A stretch of DNA of 64,000 nt, taken from assembly GCA_963752475.1 (NCBI GenBank), contig CAVVYR010000004.1:1-64000 (forward strand), read 5' to 3'. Below are positions 1 to 10,750 of this stretch, piece by piece. The position numbers were made by a program, and so were the translations under genes. The notes under the pieces are model-generated. The model made no database searches. It saw nothing but the letters and a program-made list of their open reading frames with translations, and was not told the origin of the DNA. Numbering within the stretch: the first letter of the stretch is position 1; every line of letters begins with the position of its first letter. Source of the stretch: an uncultured Chloroflexia bacterium (lineage in GTDB: Bacteria; Chloroflexota; Limnocylindria; Limnocylindrales; CSP1-4).

Positions 1-1842
1 GCGTCGACCGCTCGGCGGTGAGGACGAGACCCTCAGGGGCGACCGAGACCGAGGTGAAGCGGCCACCGCGCTCGGCCACGTAGCCGTTGAGCGCCGCCAC
101 GAGGGCACGCACGACGGGGTGGTACGTCGCGATCTGGTACTGGCTGAGCGTGACGCTGATGAGGCCGTCGCTCCCGATCACCGGCTTGACGAGGATGCTG
201 CCGATGTCGGGGTTGGTGGTCGAGACGACGATCGAGCCATCGGTGAGCCAGACCTCCTGCACCAGGTCGGGCAGCAGCTCGCGCAGCGAACCGATGTCGC
301 TGGCGGGGACCGTGACCTGGCCGCTCTCCTCCGTCTCGAGCAGCTCGCCCAGGACGGCGAGGTGGTCGCTGACATCGCGCACCGCACCGGCGCCCGCGGG
401 CGGCAGGCCGGCCACGATCTCAGCGATGCCGGGAGGCATCCCGATGAGCTCGGGTGGAGGGATCGGGACCGGGGAGGCCGCCGGCCCGGGTGCCTCGGTC
501 GGTGCGACCGGCGCAGACTCGAGCGCTGGTTCGGGGCTGGGCGATGACGCACCCGGTGCCGTGGTCGGCTGCGGGCCCGGGGTGTCGGGTGACGGCGCCA
601 AGGTGGGCTCGACCGTGGCTCCCGGGACGGGGGCGGGTGACGGCTGCGGGCTCGACAGCGGCGTGGGCTCGGGGGCCGTGGTCACATCAACGGTGGCCAG
701 CACGGACCAGTTGCCATCAACGTCCGTCACCAGGGGGCCGTAGGCGCTGATGGTGACCCGATCACCGATGAACTCCTCGCGGATGACCTCGCCTGTGGGA
801 CCGCCGATCACCAGCTGGTGCTGGTCGTCCTCGGGCAGCTCGATGGTGGTGCCCGGTGCGGGTGGCTCCTCGTCGGGCCCGCCACTGAGCACGATGGTCG
901 ATGGTGCTACGCTCGCGTCGGTCAGACGAGGTGGCGTCGACGGTCGTGGCTTCTCGTACGGGGCGGGGCCTTCCGGAGCATCCGGGCAGCGCTGGGTCCG
1001 GGCTGCAGCCGCAGCCACGAGAGCATCAGCCAACGCCTGTCCGCCCCAGCGCTCGACGAACTCGTTGCTGACTTGGCCGAGACCGGGTGATAGCCCAGCC
1101 TGTACTTGTGTCGTGGTAGTACTCGTGGACCCCGGCGTTGCAGAGCGTATTCCCGCCGGGTCGCCCTCGTTCCACTCGAGTCTGAGCGAAGACGACATCG
1201 CCTTCGTCAGCGTAGGCCGGCTGGTACTGAAAGTCAGGCCGAAGCGGTTGTCGGAGCCGTGCACCGGCACCACGACTGCGCCTCGCGCCCATACCAGTCG
1301 GTCCTGACGAGATCCCCGGGGAGCACCAGTGGACAGGACAGGCCCATCGCTGGGCATGGGCACCTGGCGGACACACGGATGGGCCAAGCGGTCGCCCGAG
1401 CCGATGAGCTGGCGTAGCCCGGCCTCGGCGTCAGCGAGGGATACTTGGGCTTGCCGCCCGCCTCGCTCATGGAACGAGGCTGCCGAAGACCGGTCTGGTC
1501 GCGCTCTCGAGCTACCAGGGCTCCCGAAGTCCTCGTCGGCCATGAGTCGCGGTTGGCGACTGCCGCACCGGTGCCGACCACCGGGTTCGTCCGCGTACCA
1601 CTGGACGTGGAGGGTCACCCAGCCCGGCTTCTTGCGATGATCGTAGTTGCAGGACTGCGTTGGACCTGTTGCCCTGGGTTTGCCCTGACGCCATCGAGCT
1701 TGTAGCTGCCGACCTTCTTGGGACAGGACACAAGGCTCTCGGGCCCTTTGGCATCGACGGTCAGAGGGCCCGTCGGAATCTGCGTGCCAACGAACATGGC
1801 GACCGCGACGAACGCGGTGATCGCGGAGCGGCATCCCCCCAT
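1..1842 (-). CDS. Secreted Pro/Thr-linker hypothetical protein, apparently frameshifted, running off the window start
   Basis: Signal-peptide-like start in ORF 1615-1842 (MGGCRSAITAFVAVAMFVG). A second minus frame is open from ~1660 to position 1 (…PEDDQHQLVIGGP…APEPTPLSSPQPSPAPVPG…). Protein-like segments switch frames between 1100 and 1660. Confidence 0.5.
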
Positions 1843-2068
1843 AGCCAGAGGGTGCGCCGGGCGCTACTCACGTGTCAATACCTCGAAGCGCGATGCCCAT
1901 CTACTGGCTCGTCGATGCGGCAACGAGGTCAGCCCGGCTGCCGATCGTTCACCAGCACATGGGAGCCACAAGATGAGGACATCGTGGCCGATGGGGTGCC
2001 GCACGGACGTGCGCATCCGGGCCGGGTTGCCCGGGTCGGTCCGCCAGTTGCTGGCGTAGGGTGCAGCC

Positions 2069-2914
2069 ATGAGTCGGATACGCTTCGCGATCGACATCGC
2101 GCCGCTCGGCGAGCTGAGCGACCCGCGCACCATCATGCGGCTGGCGGAGGCGGCCGAGCGGTCGGGCTGGGACGGGCTCAGCATCTGGGACAGTCTGGGC
2201 CTGTCGATGGGTACTGCGGCGGCCGACCCGTTCGTCACGCTGGCCGCCGTCGCTGCGAGGACCGAGCGGCTCCGCCTCATCACCTCGGTCGTGGCGGTGG
2301 CACGACGCCGACCACAGCTCGTGGTCCAGGCGGCCGCGTGCCTCGATCTCGTCAGCGACGGCCGCCTGATCCTGGGAGTGGGCGCAGGGGAAGACAGACC
2401 CGACTTCGAAGCCTTCGGCGAGACGCACGATCGGTCCGTCCGCATCGCCCGCATGGACGAGGGCCTCGAGGTCATCGACGCCGGCTTGCGCGGGCGCGAA
2501 CTCGACCACACCGGCGACCACCTCGTCGCCGTCGGCGCCATCCTCGGGCCTCGGCCAGTGCAGCGGCCGCGACCCCCGATGTGGCTGGGCGCGCTCAAGC
2601 CCGGAGGCGTCCGTAAGGCGGCGCGATGGGATGGCTGGATCGCGGTCGCGATGAGTGAGGACGGCGGCTCGATGTCGATGCTGCCCCGCGATCTCGCCAG
2701 GCACGTCTCGGTCGCCCTCCATGAGCGTGAGACCCGCGGCACGTTGGGAGAGCCGTTCGAGGTCGCAGTCCTCGGTGTCGCAGGTCTGGACGGCACGAGC
2801 GTCGCTGACTTCAGGGAAGCTGGAGCCACGTGGTGGCTGGAGTCACTGTCGCCCATGCGTGGCTCGGTCGATGAGCTGGAGGCCATCGTCCGCAGAGGAC
2901 CGCCGCTTGGGTAG
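2069..2914 (+). CDS. LLM-class flavin-dependent oxidoreductase
   Basis: AEAAERSGWDG, DPFVTLAAVAARTERLRL, LDLVSDGRLILGVGAG, PRPVQRPRPPMW luciferase-like motifs. Confidence 0.9.
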   Translation: MSRIRFAIDIAPLGELSDPRTIMRLAEAAERSGWDGLSIWDSLGLSMGTAAADPFVTLAAVAARTERLRLITSVVAVARRRPQLVVQAAACLDLVSDGRLILGVGAGEDRPDFEAFGETHDRSVRIARMDEGLEVIDAGLRGRELDHTGDHLVAVGAILGPRPVQRPRPPMWLGALKPGGVRKAARWDGWIAVAMSEDGGSMSMLPRDLARHVSVALHERETRGTLGEPFEVAVLGVAGLDGTSVADFREAGATWWLESLSPMRGSVDELEAIVRRGPPLG

Positions 2915-2988
2915 TGTTGTGAGCACGCCAGCCAGCACGGCCCCGACACGATGTGGTGATCGTGCTCGCGACCGTGGCTACGCGGGTA

Positions 2989-3022
2989 GGGCAGTGCCGT
3001 CGACAGGACCGACTGGAAGGCG
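2989..3022 (+). repeat. 34-bp near-duplicate of hsdM segment 4132-4165
   Basis: gggcagtgccgtcgacaggaccgactggaaggcg versus gggcagtgccgtcgacaggacctactggaaggcg, 1 mismatch. Confidence 0.9.
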
Positions 3023-4020
3023 GGTCGCGTCCTGAGATCGCTGGAAAAGTGAGAACGGCATAGGCTCCGAAGCGGACCTGCAAGTTCGCAAGGGAGGACT
3101 ACGCGGGGGGGGGGGGGGGGGGGAGGAGAGGGGGGGGGGGAGAGAGGGAGAGGGGGGGGGAAGGAGAAGAAGGGAGAAGAAGAAGAGGAAGGAGGAAGAG
3201 GAGAGAAAGAAAGAGAGAGGAGAGAGAGGAGAAGAAAAAAAAGGGGAGAGAGGGAGGAAAAGAGAGAGAGAGAGAGAGGAAAGGGAAAAGAGAGAGAGAA
3301 GAGGAGGAGAGAAAGGGAGGGGGGAAGACCCGCTAGAGCGACCGCGTAGTGAGCTGGCGACGGGGGGGAAGGAGGGAGAGAGAGAAAGAAGAGAGAAGGA
3401 AAAGAAAAAAGGGAAGGAAGAGGAGGAGAAAGAGAGAAGAAGGAAGGAAAGAAGGGAAGAAGAAGAAAAAAGAAGAAAAAAAAGAAAAGAGGGAGAGAGA
3501 AGGAAGGAAAAAGAGAGAAAAAAAGAGAGGAAAGAAGAGAGAGAAGAGATGGAGAGAAAAAAGATAGAGGAAAAGAGAGAAAAAGGAAGAAAAAAAGAGA
3601 AAAGGAAGAGGGGGGAAAAGAAGATAAAAGGAAAGAAAAAAGAGAGAGAGGAGAAAAAGAGAAGAGAGAAAGAAGGAAAAAGAGAGAAGGAAGAAAGGAA
3701 AGAAAGAGAGATAAAGGGGAGAGAGAAAGGAGGAGAAGAGAGAAAGAGAGAGGAGAGAAAAGAGGGAGGAGGAGGAAGAGGGAAAGAAGAGAGAAGAGGT
3801 GAAAGAAGAGGAAGAGAGGCGAGAAGGAGAAAGGGAAAGGGAGAGAGAGGAGGAGAGAGAAGAAGGCAAGAGGAGAAAAGATGGAGGCGAGGAGAAAGAG
3901 AGAGCGCTCGACGAACGTGCTCGAGCGCTGGCTGGGCGAGTTCCGCCGGCGCACGAAGGTCATGGGCCGCTACGCCGGCGAAGACAGCTGTGTGACCCTG
4001 GCTGGGACGCCATGGAGGTC
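3022..4020 (+). mobile_element. IS256-family insertion sequence remnant
   Basis: 3905-4000 encodes RSTNVLERWLGEFRRRTKVMGRYAGEDSCVTL, matching the IS256 transposase C-terminal motif (TTNxxERxNxExxRRTKVxGxFP). An IS-end-like sequence GGGTCGCGTCCTGAGATC begins at 3022, with an RBS (aagggagg) near 3090. No matching right end was found. Confidence 0.6.
3104..3904 (+). repeat. ~800 bp near-pure purine (A/G) low-complexity tract, likely artefact
   Basis: Almost no C or T on the + strand except a short island at ~3328-3361; aperiodic. Confidence 0.9.
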
Positions 4021-4070
4021 GTCTCGCCACGGAAGTGGCTCGGGCCGAGCGCATGGAGGCCCACACGCGA

Positions 4071-4740
4071 ATGACACTGACGCTCCAGGAGCTCAGCTCT
4101 CAACTGTGGAACAGCGGCCTAAGATCCTCCGGGGCAGTGCCGTCGACAGGACCTACTGGAAGGCGTACATCCTTCCCCTACTGTTCTTCAAGCGTATCAG
4201 CGACGTATGGGACGAGGAGACTGCTGAAGCGGCAAAGCTCTTTCGGTGACAAGGACCCAATCGACTTCCCCGAGGTGCACAGGCTTGTGATCCCCGAGGG
4301 CTGCCACTGGCGCGACGTTCGCGGGACGCCGTCCAACGTTGGTGCCGCGCTCTCGCACGCTATGCGAGAGCTCGAGCGTGCCAATCCTGAGCGCTTGTAC
4401 AGAGTCTTTGGGACTGCCGACTGGGGAAACCGCGCAATGCTGACCGACGAGACTCTCAAGGACCTCATTGAAGGCTTCTCCGAGGTCCCTGTCGGCAACA
4501 GCGTGGTCTCTTCGGACGTCCTCGGCGACGCCTACGAGTACCGAGTCGGCAAGTTCGCCGACGTCACCCGGCGGAAGAAAGCCGGTGAGTTCTACACCCC
4601 GCGTAGCGTCGTACGAATGATGGTCGAGTTGCTCGACCCTATGGAGGAGGAGACCATCCAAGACCCGGCATGCGGAACGGGCGGCATGTTGCTCGGCGCC
4701 ATCGAGCATGCGGAACGCGCCGGCGGAGACCCACGCATGT
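4071..4740 (+). pseudogene. hsdM: Type I restriction-modification M subunit, N-terminal half only, with two compensating indels
   Basis: MTLTLQELSSQLWNS, then ILRGSAVDRTYWKAYILPLLFFKRISD in another frame, then DVLGDAYEY, AGEFYTPRSVVRMMV and DPACGTGGML (motif I). The NPPY-type motif IV and C-terminal half are absent. Confidence 0.85.
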
Positions 4741-5047
4741 CGAGTGCAGCTACGCTGGCGGCCGATCTCGGAGCCGACCACCTGGTGCTTGAAGCATTGG
4801 ACGAATGGGATGCCATTGGATTGCAGCACGCGAAGGCAGTCGCTGAGCGATACCTTGATCGCGTGAGCGTCATCGGCCTAGATGAACTCTGCGGGTAACC
4901 AGATCGCCAGGCGGGCAGTGTTCATCCATGACCTGCATAGCGTTCGCACGGAGACTTCTTGTACGTTCGACGTGGCTGTCAGCCCGATACGAAGGAGCGC
5001 AGAAGCGAGGGATTACCTCGCATCCCAGCGTGGATACGAGGAAGAAG

Positions 5048-5123
5048 TGGCGAGCCGGCTGGGATTCGAACCCAGGACACAGGGATTAAAAGTCCCCTGC
5101 TCTGACCGCTGAGCTACCGGCCC
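5048..5123 (-). tRNA. tRNA-Lys (anticodon UUU)
   Basis: Reverse complement GGGCCGGTAGCTCAGCGGTCAGAGCAGGGGACTTTTAATCCCTGTGTCCTGGGTTCGAATCCCAGCCGGCTCGCCA; cloverleaf, TTC loop, encoded CCA. Confidence 0.97.
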
Positions 5124-5179
5124 ACGATGTCAGAGTACCGAGAGCATCGCCACCATGGCGAGATTCCCCGCCCGCAGAG

Positions 5180-5632
5180 TTAGGGACCCTCACCCGCGAA
5201 ATGGCGCCGGTTCGCCTCCAACACGGCCTTGCCGATGCTCCCAGAACCGAAGTTGCGGTACAGGAAGCCGAGGACGCCAGGTGCCTCGACCCCGCTGATG
5301 ATCAGATGGTTCCGGACACCGGCGCCAGCTGCGATGAACTCGTCACGGTAGTGGGAGGTGGCGGCTACCCGGCCGCTGGCATCGTAGAACTCGTCGAACT
5401 CGACGACCACGCGCCCATCGTCGACGGTGCACGACAGGTTCGTGCGCTGCATCAGCCCCTCATTCGTGCGGATGGTCACGAAGCCCTCGCCCTCCTCCAC
5501 GAGTTCGACCTTGGAGAGGCCGGGCATCAAACTGACCACCGCCACGAAGTACTCTCCGGGTGCTGCGACAGCCTCCTGGACTCGCTGCAGGTCACAAGCG
5601 ATATCGCCTTCGCCTTCGAACCAGACCTTCAT
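5180..5632 (-). CDS. SRPBCC/START-like hypothetical protein
   Basis: 150 aa from MKVWFEGEGDI with a GGAGG RBS; helix-grip-like strand pattern and C-terminal helix. Confidence 0.6.
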   Translation of the reverse strand: MKVWFEGEGDIACDLQRVQEAVAAPGEYFVAVVSLMPGLSKVELVEEGEGFVTIRTNEGLMQRTNLSCTVDDGRVVVEFDEFYDASGRVAATSHYRDEFIAAGAGVRNHLIISGVEAPGVLGFLYRNFGSGSIGKAVLEANRRHFAGEGP

Positions 5633-5837
5633 GTTGCGCCTTCCTCCGCTGTCTCCTCGCGGCGCAGCCCATCGGGACCGCTCCGAAGAGGTCCTGCCGG
5701 CTCCGACCCTCAACTTGGGCCTGGACGACACGCGCCAGCCGAGCGGAGCGCGCTGATGCATTCTGCGCCGCGCAGGCAAGCTCGGTCCAGGGCCGCCCCA
5801 GCATCGATGGTGGCGGCGCTCGGGCAGCCGCTGCTGG

Positions 5838-6923
5838 CTACCGGATACGACCCTGGAACCTGGGGTTGGCGGCCACGGCACGGTAGGCGGCCACGGCGGA
5901 GCCATCGTTCGGCTTGACCAGGCGCCAATCCGGGTGCGACACGTTCAGGTGCGGCTTGTCCGTGTCGAGGTACATGATGGCCTTGACCTTGGGGTACTTG
6001 GCGAATGTCTTGAGATAGCCGCGCCTGATCCAGGTCGCCTTGTTCCCGCCCTTGTGGTTGGAGCCGACTTCCACGAGGAAGATGGGCTTCTTCGTGAACC
6101 GCCGGGCCTGTCTGGTGACCTTGCGGACCTGGCCCTGCAGCGAGCGCCAGCGCTTGTTGCGCACGGTCCCGTAGTTCATGATCGTGGCACCGACATAGTC
6201 CACATACCTGTCCCCGGGATACGATTTCGGCCGAGGGTTGAGGTTGCTCCACAGGAAGCGCGTGTACTTGCGCGCACCGACCTTCCGGAAGAGCCTGTCG
6301 ATGTGCCGCCACGCCGCCTTGTAGGTGGCCATCGAGTTGTACTTCCTGCTGATGGCCCAGGGAAACCACTTGCCGGTGGCCTCATGCGCGAAGCGGACCA
6401 CGATGGGACGGCCGCCGTTGGCCTTCGAGGCCTTCTTGAGGTCCCTGGCCCACCGCTTGATGTAGGCGTTGTGTTTGCCCTGCGTGATGTTCTTGTATCG
6501 CGTGAACTTGCGCTTCGACGGCCGCCTTGGGTCGACCGGCTGCCACCAGATGACCGGCGTGATGCCCCGGCTGAGGAGCTCCTTGGATGTGGCCAGCGGA
6601 AACGCGCAGGTGCCACGGCTCCTGGTGCAGGCAGCCCTGCCGCCTCGGCTGCCCCAGTCGCTCCAGAGCCCCCAGAGGCCCGGCTTCTGGCCGCCCATCA
6701 ACTCGATGTGCTCGTCCAGGACCGCCAGGTTGGCCCCGCGCGGGTCGGAGATGCCGATGGCGATCTTGGACCGTGCTGCGGCCGGCATGGCCGTGAACAG
6801 CATGGCCATGATGACGAGGATGGAGATGATGGTCGGACTACGTAGCAATGCGCGACTCCTTGACTCATACGCGTCGGGCCCATCGCCAGAAGCGCGGGCC
6901 GCTGGGGCTGGCCGGAGCGCCAC
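5838..6923 (-). CDS. Secreted glycoside hydrolase family 26 (beta-mannanase-like); true start probably ~6810-6850
   Basis: VRFAHEATGKWFPW (acid/base Glu), YPGDRYVDYVG, KPIFLVEVG (nucleophile Glu), signal peptide. Confidence 0.8.
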   Translation of the reverse strand: MALRPAPAARASGDGPDAYESRSRALLRSPTIISILVIMAMLFTAMPAAARSKIAIGISDPRGANLAVLDEHIELMGGQKPGLWGLWSDWGSRGGRAACTRSRGTCAFPLATSKELLSRGITPVIWWQPVDPRRPSKRKFTRYKNITQGKHNAYIKRWARDLKKASKANGGRPIVVRFAHEATGKWFPWAISRKYNSMATYKAAWRHIDRLFRKVGARKYTRFLWSNLNPRPKSYPGDRYVDYVGATIMNYGTVRNKRWRSLQGQVRKVTRQARRFTKKPIFLVEVGSNHKGGNKATWIRRGYLKTFAKYPKVKAIMYLDTDKPHLNVSHPDWRLVKPNDGSAVAAYRAVAANPRFQGRIR

Positions 6924-7058
6924 TATACGACAAGTTGTCGTAGGTCCGATCTCGTAGGCCGTAGCCGAGCTGCCGGCCCACTTCGTTCGTGTGACCTTGG
7001 GTCGACCCGACAGGCCAGGAAGGCTCGCCCGACCGACCGATAGCGACCTGCCGACCGT

Positions 7059-7733
7059 TCAGGGGCAGGCGTCGATCCAATCGATGTCGAGGACGAAGTC
7101 GCCGTCGATCCCGTCGGCGATGATGATCCCGAACTCACGGGCAGTGGCAGGGTCGAACGGCGGCGCGTCGACGAGTATGCCGAAGACCGAGGGCACGAGC
7201 TGGTCGTAGTCCACGGCCGCGATCGCCCAACCGTCGCTGTCGACGGGACCGATGTCGAAGTCAGCCCGGTGCGACACCAAGCGCCCTCGGTATTCGGCGG
7301 TGTCTTCGAGGGTGACACCGTACGTCCGACCGTCGGGGCGCACGCGCATCTCGATGCGGCTCGAGTCGACGAGTTCGTCCCCCTCCAGCCGAAGTCTGGC
7401 GCTCGTGAATCCGCCTCCGGCAGTGACCACGCTGCCCTCGAACCGCAGCACCGACTCGTCGATGAACCCGCCTCCATCCGAGCGGCCGCCCATGACCCCG
7501 TCGTTCACGACGAACCACTGACCCGTGTCCTCGGCGGTGAAGTCCGTGAGCCGGCGGCAGTCGCGCGGTTCGTCCACGGCGGCCGGAGTCGCCTGCTGGC
7601 CCGGTGTTTCCGCGGCGGGTGCGGTCGACGGCATCGGCGACTGGGCGCTGACCCCGCCGGAGGCGGCGATCGACGTGAGGGCGACCAGCATCACCATCAC
7701 GTTGGCGCTGCGAAGTAAACGACTCATGCGCAT
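7059..7733 (-). CDS. CIA30-family (complex I intermediate-associated protein 30-like) secreted protein
   Basis: WFVVNDGVMGGRS, GGGFTSAR, RPDGRTY, DGDFVLDIDWI. Confidence 0.85.
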   Translation of the reverse strand: MRMSRLLRSANVMVMLVALTSIAASGGVSAQSPMPSTAPAAETPGQQATPAAVDEPRDCRRLTDFTAEDTGQWFVVNDGVMGGRSDGGGFIDESVLRFEGSVVTAGGGFTSARLRLEGDELVDSSRIEMRVRPDGRTYGVTLEDTAEYRGRLVSHRADFDIGPVDSDGWAIAAVDYDQLVPSVFGILVDAPPFDPATAREFGIIIADGIDGDFVLDIDWIDACP

Positions 7734-7829
7734 GGCATGGCACCCGATGAGCGCTCGGACATCTCGACCTCAGGCTGTAGCGATAGGTGTGCCAACGATA
7801 CCTCCGACGCCACGACAGGGCGCTGGAAC

Positions 7830-8666
7830 CTACTCGCCCGACTCGCGACGATCGGTGCCTGCCTGCTCGGATGTCGGAGCGCGCCACTCCTCGTCGAGCG
7901 ACGGGTCGCCCGCCTGGGTCTCTCCTGCCTCCAGCACCGCCGTCTGCTCGCGCACGGCTGCCTCGTGAGCCGCATCCCCTCTTCCTCCACCCTCGCGATG
8001 GTCAAGCTCAGCGATGGACTCGGCCCGGCCATACAGGAGCATCACATCCCCGGCGGCGGCGACGGTATCGGCTCGCGGCACACCGAAGTAGCTCCCATCC
8101 ACCCGCTCGATTCCGAGCACGACGATGCCCTCGTCTCGAAGCGACAGCGACCCCAGGTCGCGCCCGGCCAGCCAACCGTCGGCCTCCACCGTCAGCTCGG
8201 TGACGATGTACTCGCCTCCGACATGCAGGAGCGCGGCATAGTCATGCACTTCGAGGTCGGTCCAGCGGCGAAGGGCTCTCGTGGCCAACCAGGTGATGCG
8301 CTCATCGACCCAGCGGGTGCGCGACGCCCACCAGATCAGGAAGATGCCCAGGGAAACGATGCCCACCTGCACGAAGGCATGGACGTCCTCCCCTCCCTGC
8401 GCGGCGGCGAGGACGACCGAAGCGATCACGGCCACGATGCCCGCACTGCCCGCGAGCATCAGCCACATGATGATCCGCCGCCTGACCGGATGACGAACGA
8501 CGCTTTCCGACTCGGTGGTCGTGAAGCCTGCGCCACTGAAGGCTGAGCGCGCCTGGAAGCGGGCCGCTTCACGAGACATGCCCGTCGCGGTCAACGCGAT
8601 CGTCGCCGCGCGCGTCACCACCAGCGAGAGCGTCAGCACGATCATGAGCGTGAGGATGGCTGCCAC
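7830..8666 (-). CDS. TrkA-C (RCK_C) domain membrane protein
   Basis: ARFQARSAFSGAGFTTTESE membrane module plus C-terminal LAGRDLGSLSLRDEGIVVLGIER…GDVMLLYG. Confidence 0.85.
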   Translation of the reverse strand: MAAILTLMIVLTLSLVVTRAATIALTATGMSREAARFQARSAFSGAGFTTTESESVVRHPVRRRIIMWLMLAGSAGIVAVIASVVLAAAQGGEDVHAFVQVGIVSLGIFLIWWASRTRWVDERITWLATRALRRWTDLEVHDYAALLHVGGEYIVTELTVEADGWLAGRDLGSLSLRDEGIVVLGIERVDGSYFGVPRADTVAAAGDVMLLYGRAESIAELDHREGGGRGDAAHEAAVREQTAVLEAGETQAGDPSLDEEWRAPTSEQAGTDRRESGE

Positions 8667-8845
8667 ACGGCCACGTTACCTGATGTCACTGGGCGCACGA
8701 CGACGCTCCGCGCACGGCATGCCGGCCCACGACGCGAAGGGCGACGCAGCTCGCGCTGGATGCAGGCGCCGTCGCCGGCCCTCGAGGCCGACCCGTTGGC
8801 TGGCCAGGGCTTCAGTGCGGTCGCGCACCGCGACCAGCTCGAACC

Positions 8846-10260
8846 CTACTCGAGGGCCGCCACGGCCTCGGGGGTGACGACGTAGAGGTCCCGGTCCCAC
8901 GTCTTGTCGACGAGGAAGAAGCCATCTTCCAGCGCATAGGCCGCTTCATCGGTAGCGAGCACCCAGACCGAACCGTCAGCGGCGATGTCGATGGCGTTGG
9001 CACAGAGGCCGGGGAGGTAGCGGTCCCACGTCACGCCATCGAAGTGGCGGACGCCACCGCAGGAGTCCCCGGAGGAATCCTCGTCAAGCGTGGCGTACCA
9101 GACGCTGCCATCTGGGGCCACGCCGAGGGCAGTGCCCCCGCCCATGGTCCTGGAGCCGGTCGGCCAGAACGTGTCCCCGCTGGGCCATCGACTCCAGCCG
9201 CTGCCGTCGAAGCGGACGAGGTTGGGGAGGTTGGGGAAGGTGGCGATGCCCCAGAACGTTCCATCCGGCCCGACGGCAACGCTGTCGAACTGTTCTGCGT
9301 CCTTGGCCAGAGGGGCCTCAGCCCCCTGCCACGTCGGCTCGGTCCCCTCCATGCCGACCCACCGCTGCCAGGCGCCATCGACGAAGCGGTAGAGATACCT
9401 GCTGAAGATGTTGCCCGCCCCGCCGGTGGCCCAGATGTCGTCCCGGCTGGCCACGAGCAGGTGGCGCACGCCCCTCGCCGACCGCCGTCCAGCCATCGGC
9501 TCCGAGATAGCCGAAGACCTCGTCTTCGCCATCGGACCACACGGCCCAGACCGTGCCATCCGGGGTGACCTCGACCTTCGGCCCGCCCCACCACGACTTG
9601 TGATGGGTCGTCCACTCCTCGCCATCGAAGGACTGGATGGACGACTCAGCCCTCCTCCCCTCGTCTCGTCTGGATCGTCCAGACGGTGCCGCCGGGAGCG
9701 ACCTCGAAGTCCGAGACCGCGGGCTTCTTGGTGGCCCACGCGTGCGCGGTGTCGCTGCCGAGGCGGAAGAAGCGCTGGTGGCGCAGAAGCCAGATGCCAC
9801 CGTCCTCGCCAGCGACGATGTCGGTGTCGTTCTTCGAGGCGAGGTCCCGCACGCCGTCATCGACGACCTGGTACACCCCCGGTTCGACCAGCTCGACGGT
9901 CAACTCGACGCCGGGCAGGATGTCGGTGCGGACCGATGGGCTGGACGACTCGGTCGGCTGTCTGGTGGTCTCCGGCTCCGGCGACGCCGTCACTGCCGCT
10001 GGGACCGTCTCATCCCCTTGCGCTGTCGTGAGGACACCAGCGAGCAGGAAGCCACCGAAGAGCGCCACGATGACGGCCGCGGCGACGAACTTGAGTGCGG
10101 AGAACATCGTGAACCCCCTATCGGGATGCGGCCACCGATGGCGACGCTGCGGGATCGTCCGGGTCTGGTCGAAGACGTCGCCAAGCAATGTCGGACGGAG
10201 TTGCGGGACGTCACGCAGACGGGTATCGAGGATGTCGTGGAGGTCGCGCTCGGCGCTCAT
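8846..10260 (-). pseudogene. Membrane-anchored beta-propeller protein (putative anti-sigma partner), two frameshifts at ~9660 and ~9470
   Basis: N-terminal cytoplasmic segment, a TM helix and a PT linker, then repeated (A/G)PDGTVW blades spread over ORFs 9646-10260, 9318-9860 and 8846-9739. It overlaps the sigma factor stop. Confidence 0.65.
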
Positions 10261-10631
10261 CGGGTCGCCTCCACGGGTGTCGTCCTGTCGGTGTCGGTCG
10301 CATCGACCATCAGTGCCGTCCGTAGCCTCGCGTAGGCTCGGCTGAGTCGGGACTTGACCGTGCCATCAGACACCCCGACCGTGTCGGCGACCTGCTCGAT
10401 GGTCAGCCCGAGGTAGTGGTGCAGCACGATGACCGTGCGCTGGTCCACCGAGAGTCGACGGAAGGCTCGGTCGGACTGGTCCCGTTCGTCCTCGGCAAGG
10501 TCGCGATCGCGCAGGATGTTGAACGCGATGCCATGGATGCGATCGCTGACCGCGAGCGCAAGCCGTTCGAACGCTGCGTGGTCGCCACCCTGTGCCTGGA
10601 CCACGAGGTCGGGATCCACCGAACCCCCCAA
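10257..10631 (-). pseudogene. ECF sigma factor with internal in-frame deletion of most of region 2
   Basis: LVVQAQGGDHAAFERL…RDLAED is joined directly to region 4 (RAFRRLSVDQRTVIVLHHYLGLTIEQVADTVGVSDGTVKSRLSRA); only 124 aa. Confidence 0.75.
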
Positions 10632-10750
10632 CCGGCGTCTCCGGCCGTCAAATCATCGGTGCCGGAACCGATGATGGCCTGTACACATCTTATGGGGCTC
10701 AGGAAGGCGGGATCGTTCCGTCGGTTTCTCGGAGGTCGAGCCGCAGCAGG

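Noticed and set aside
1864-4074. Long F/L/S-rich minus ORFs and E/K/R-rich plus ORFs
   Set aside because: They result from the purine tract, which has almost no stop codons; not credible proteins
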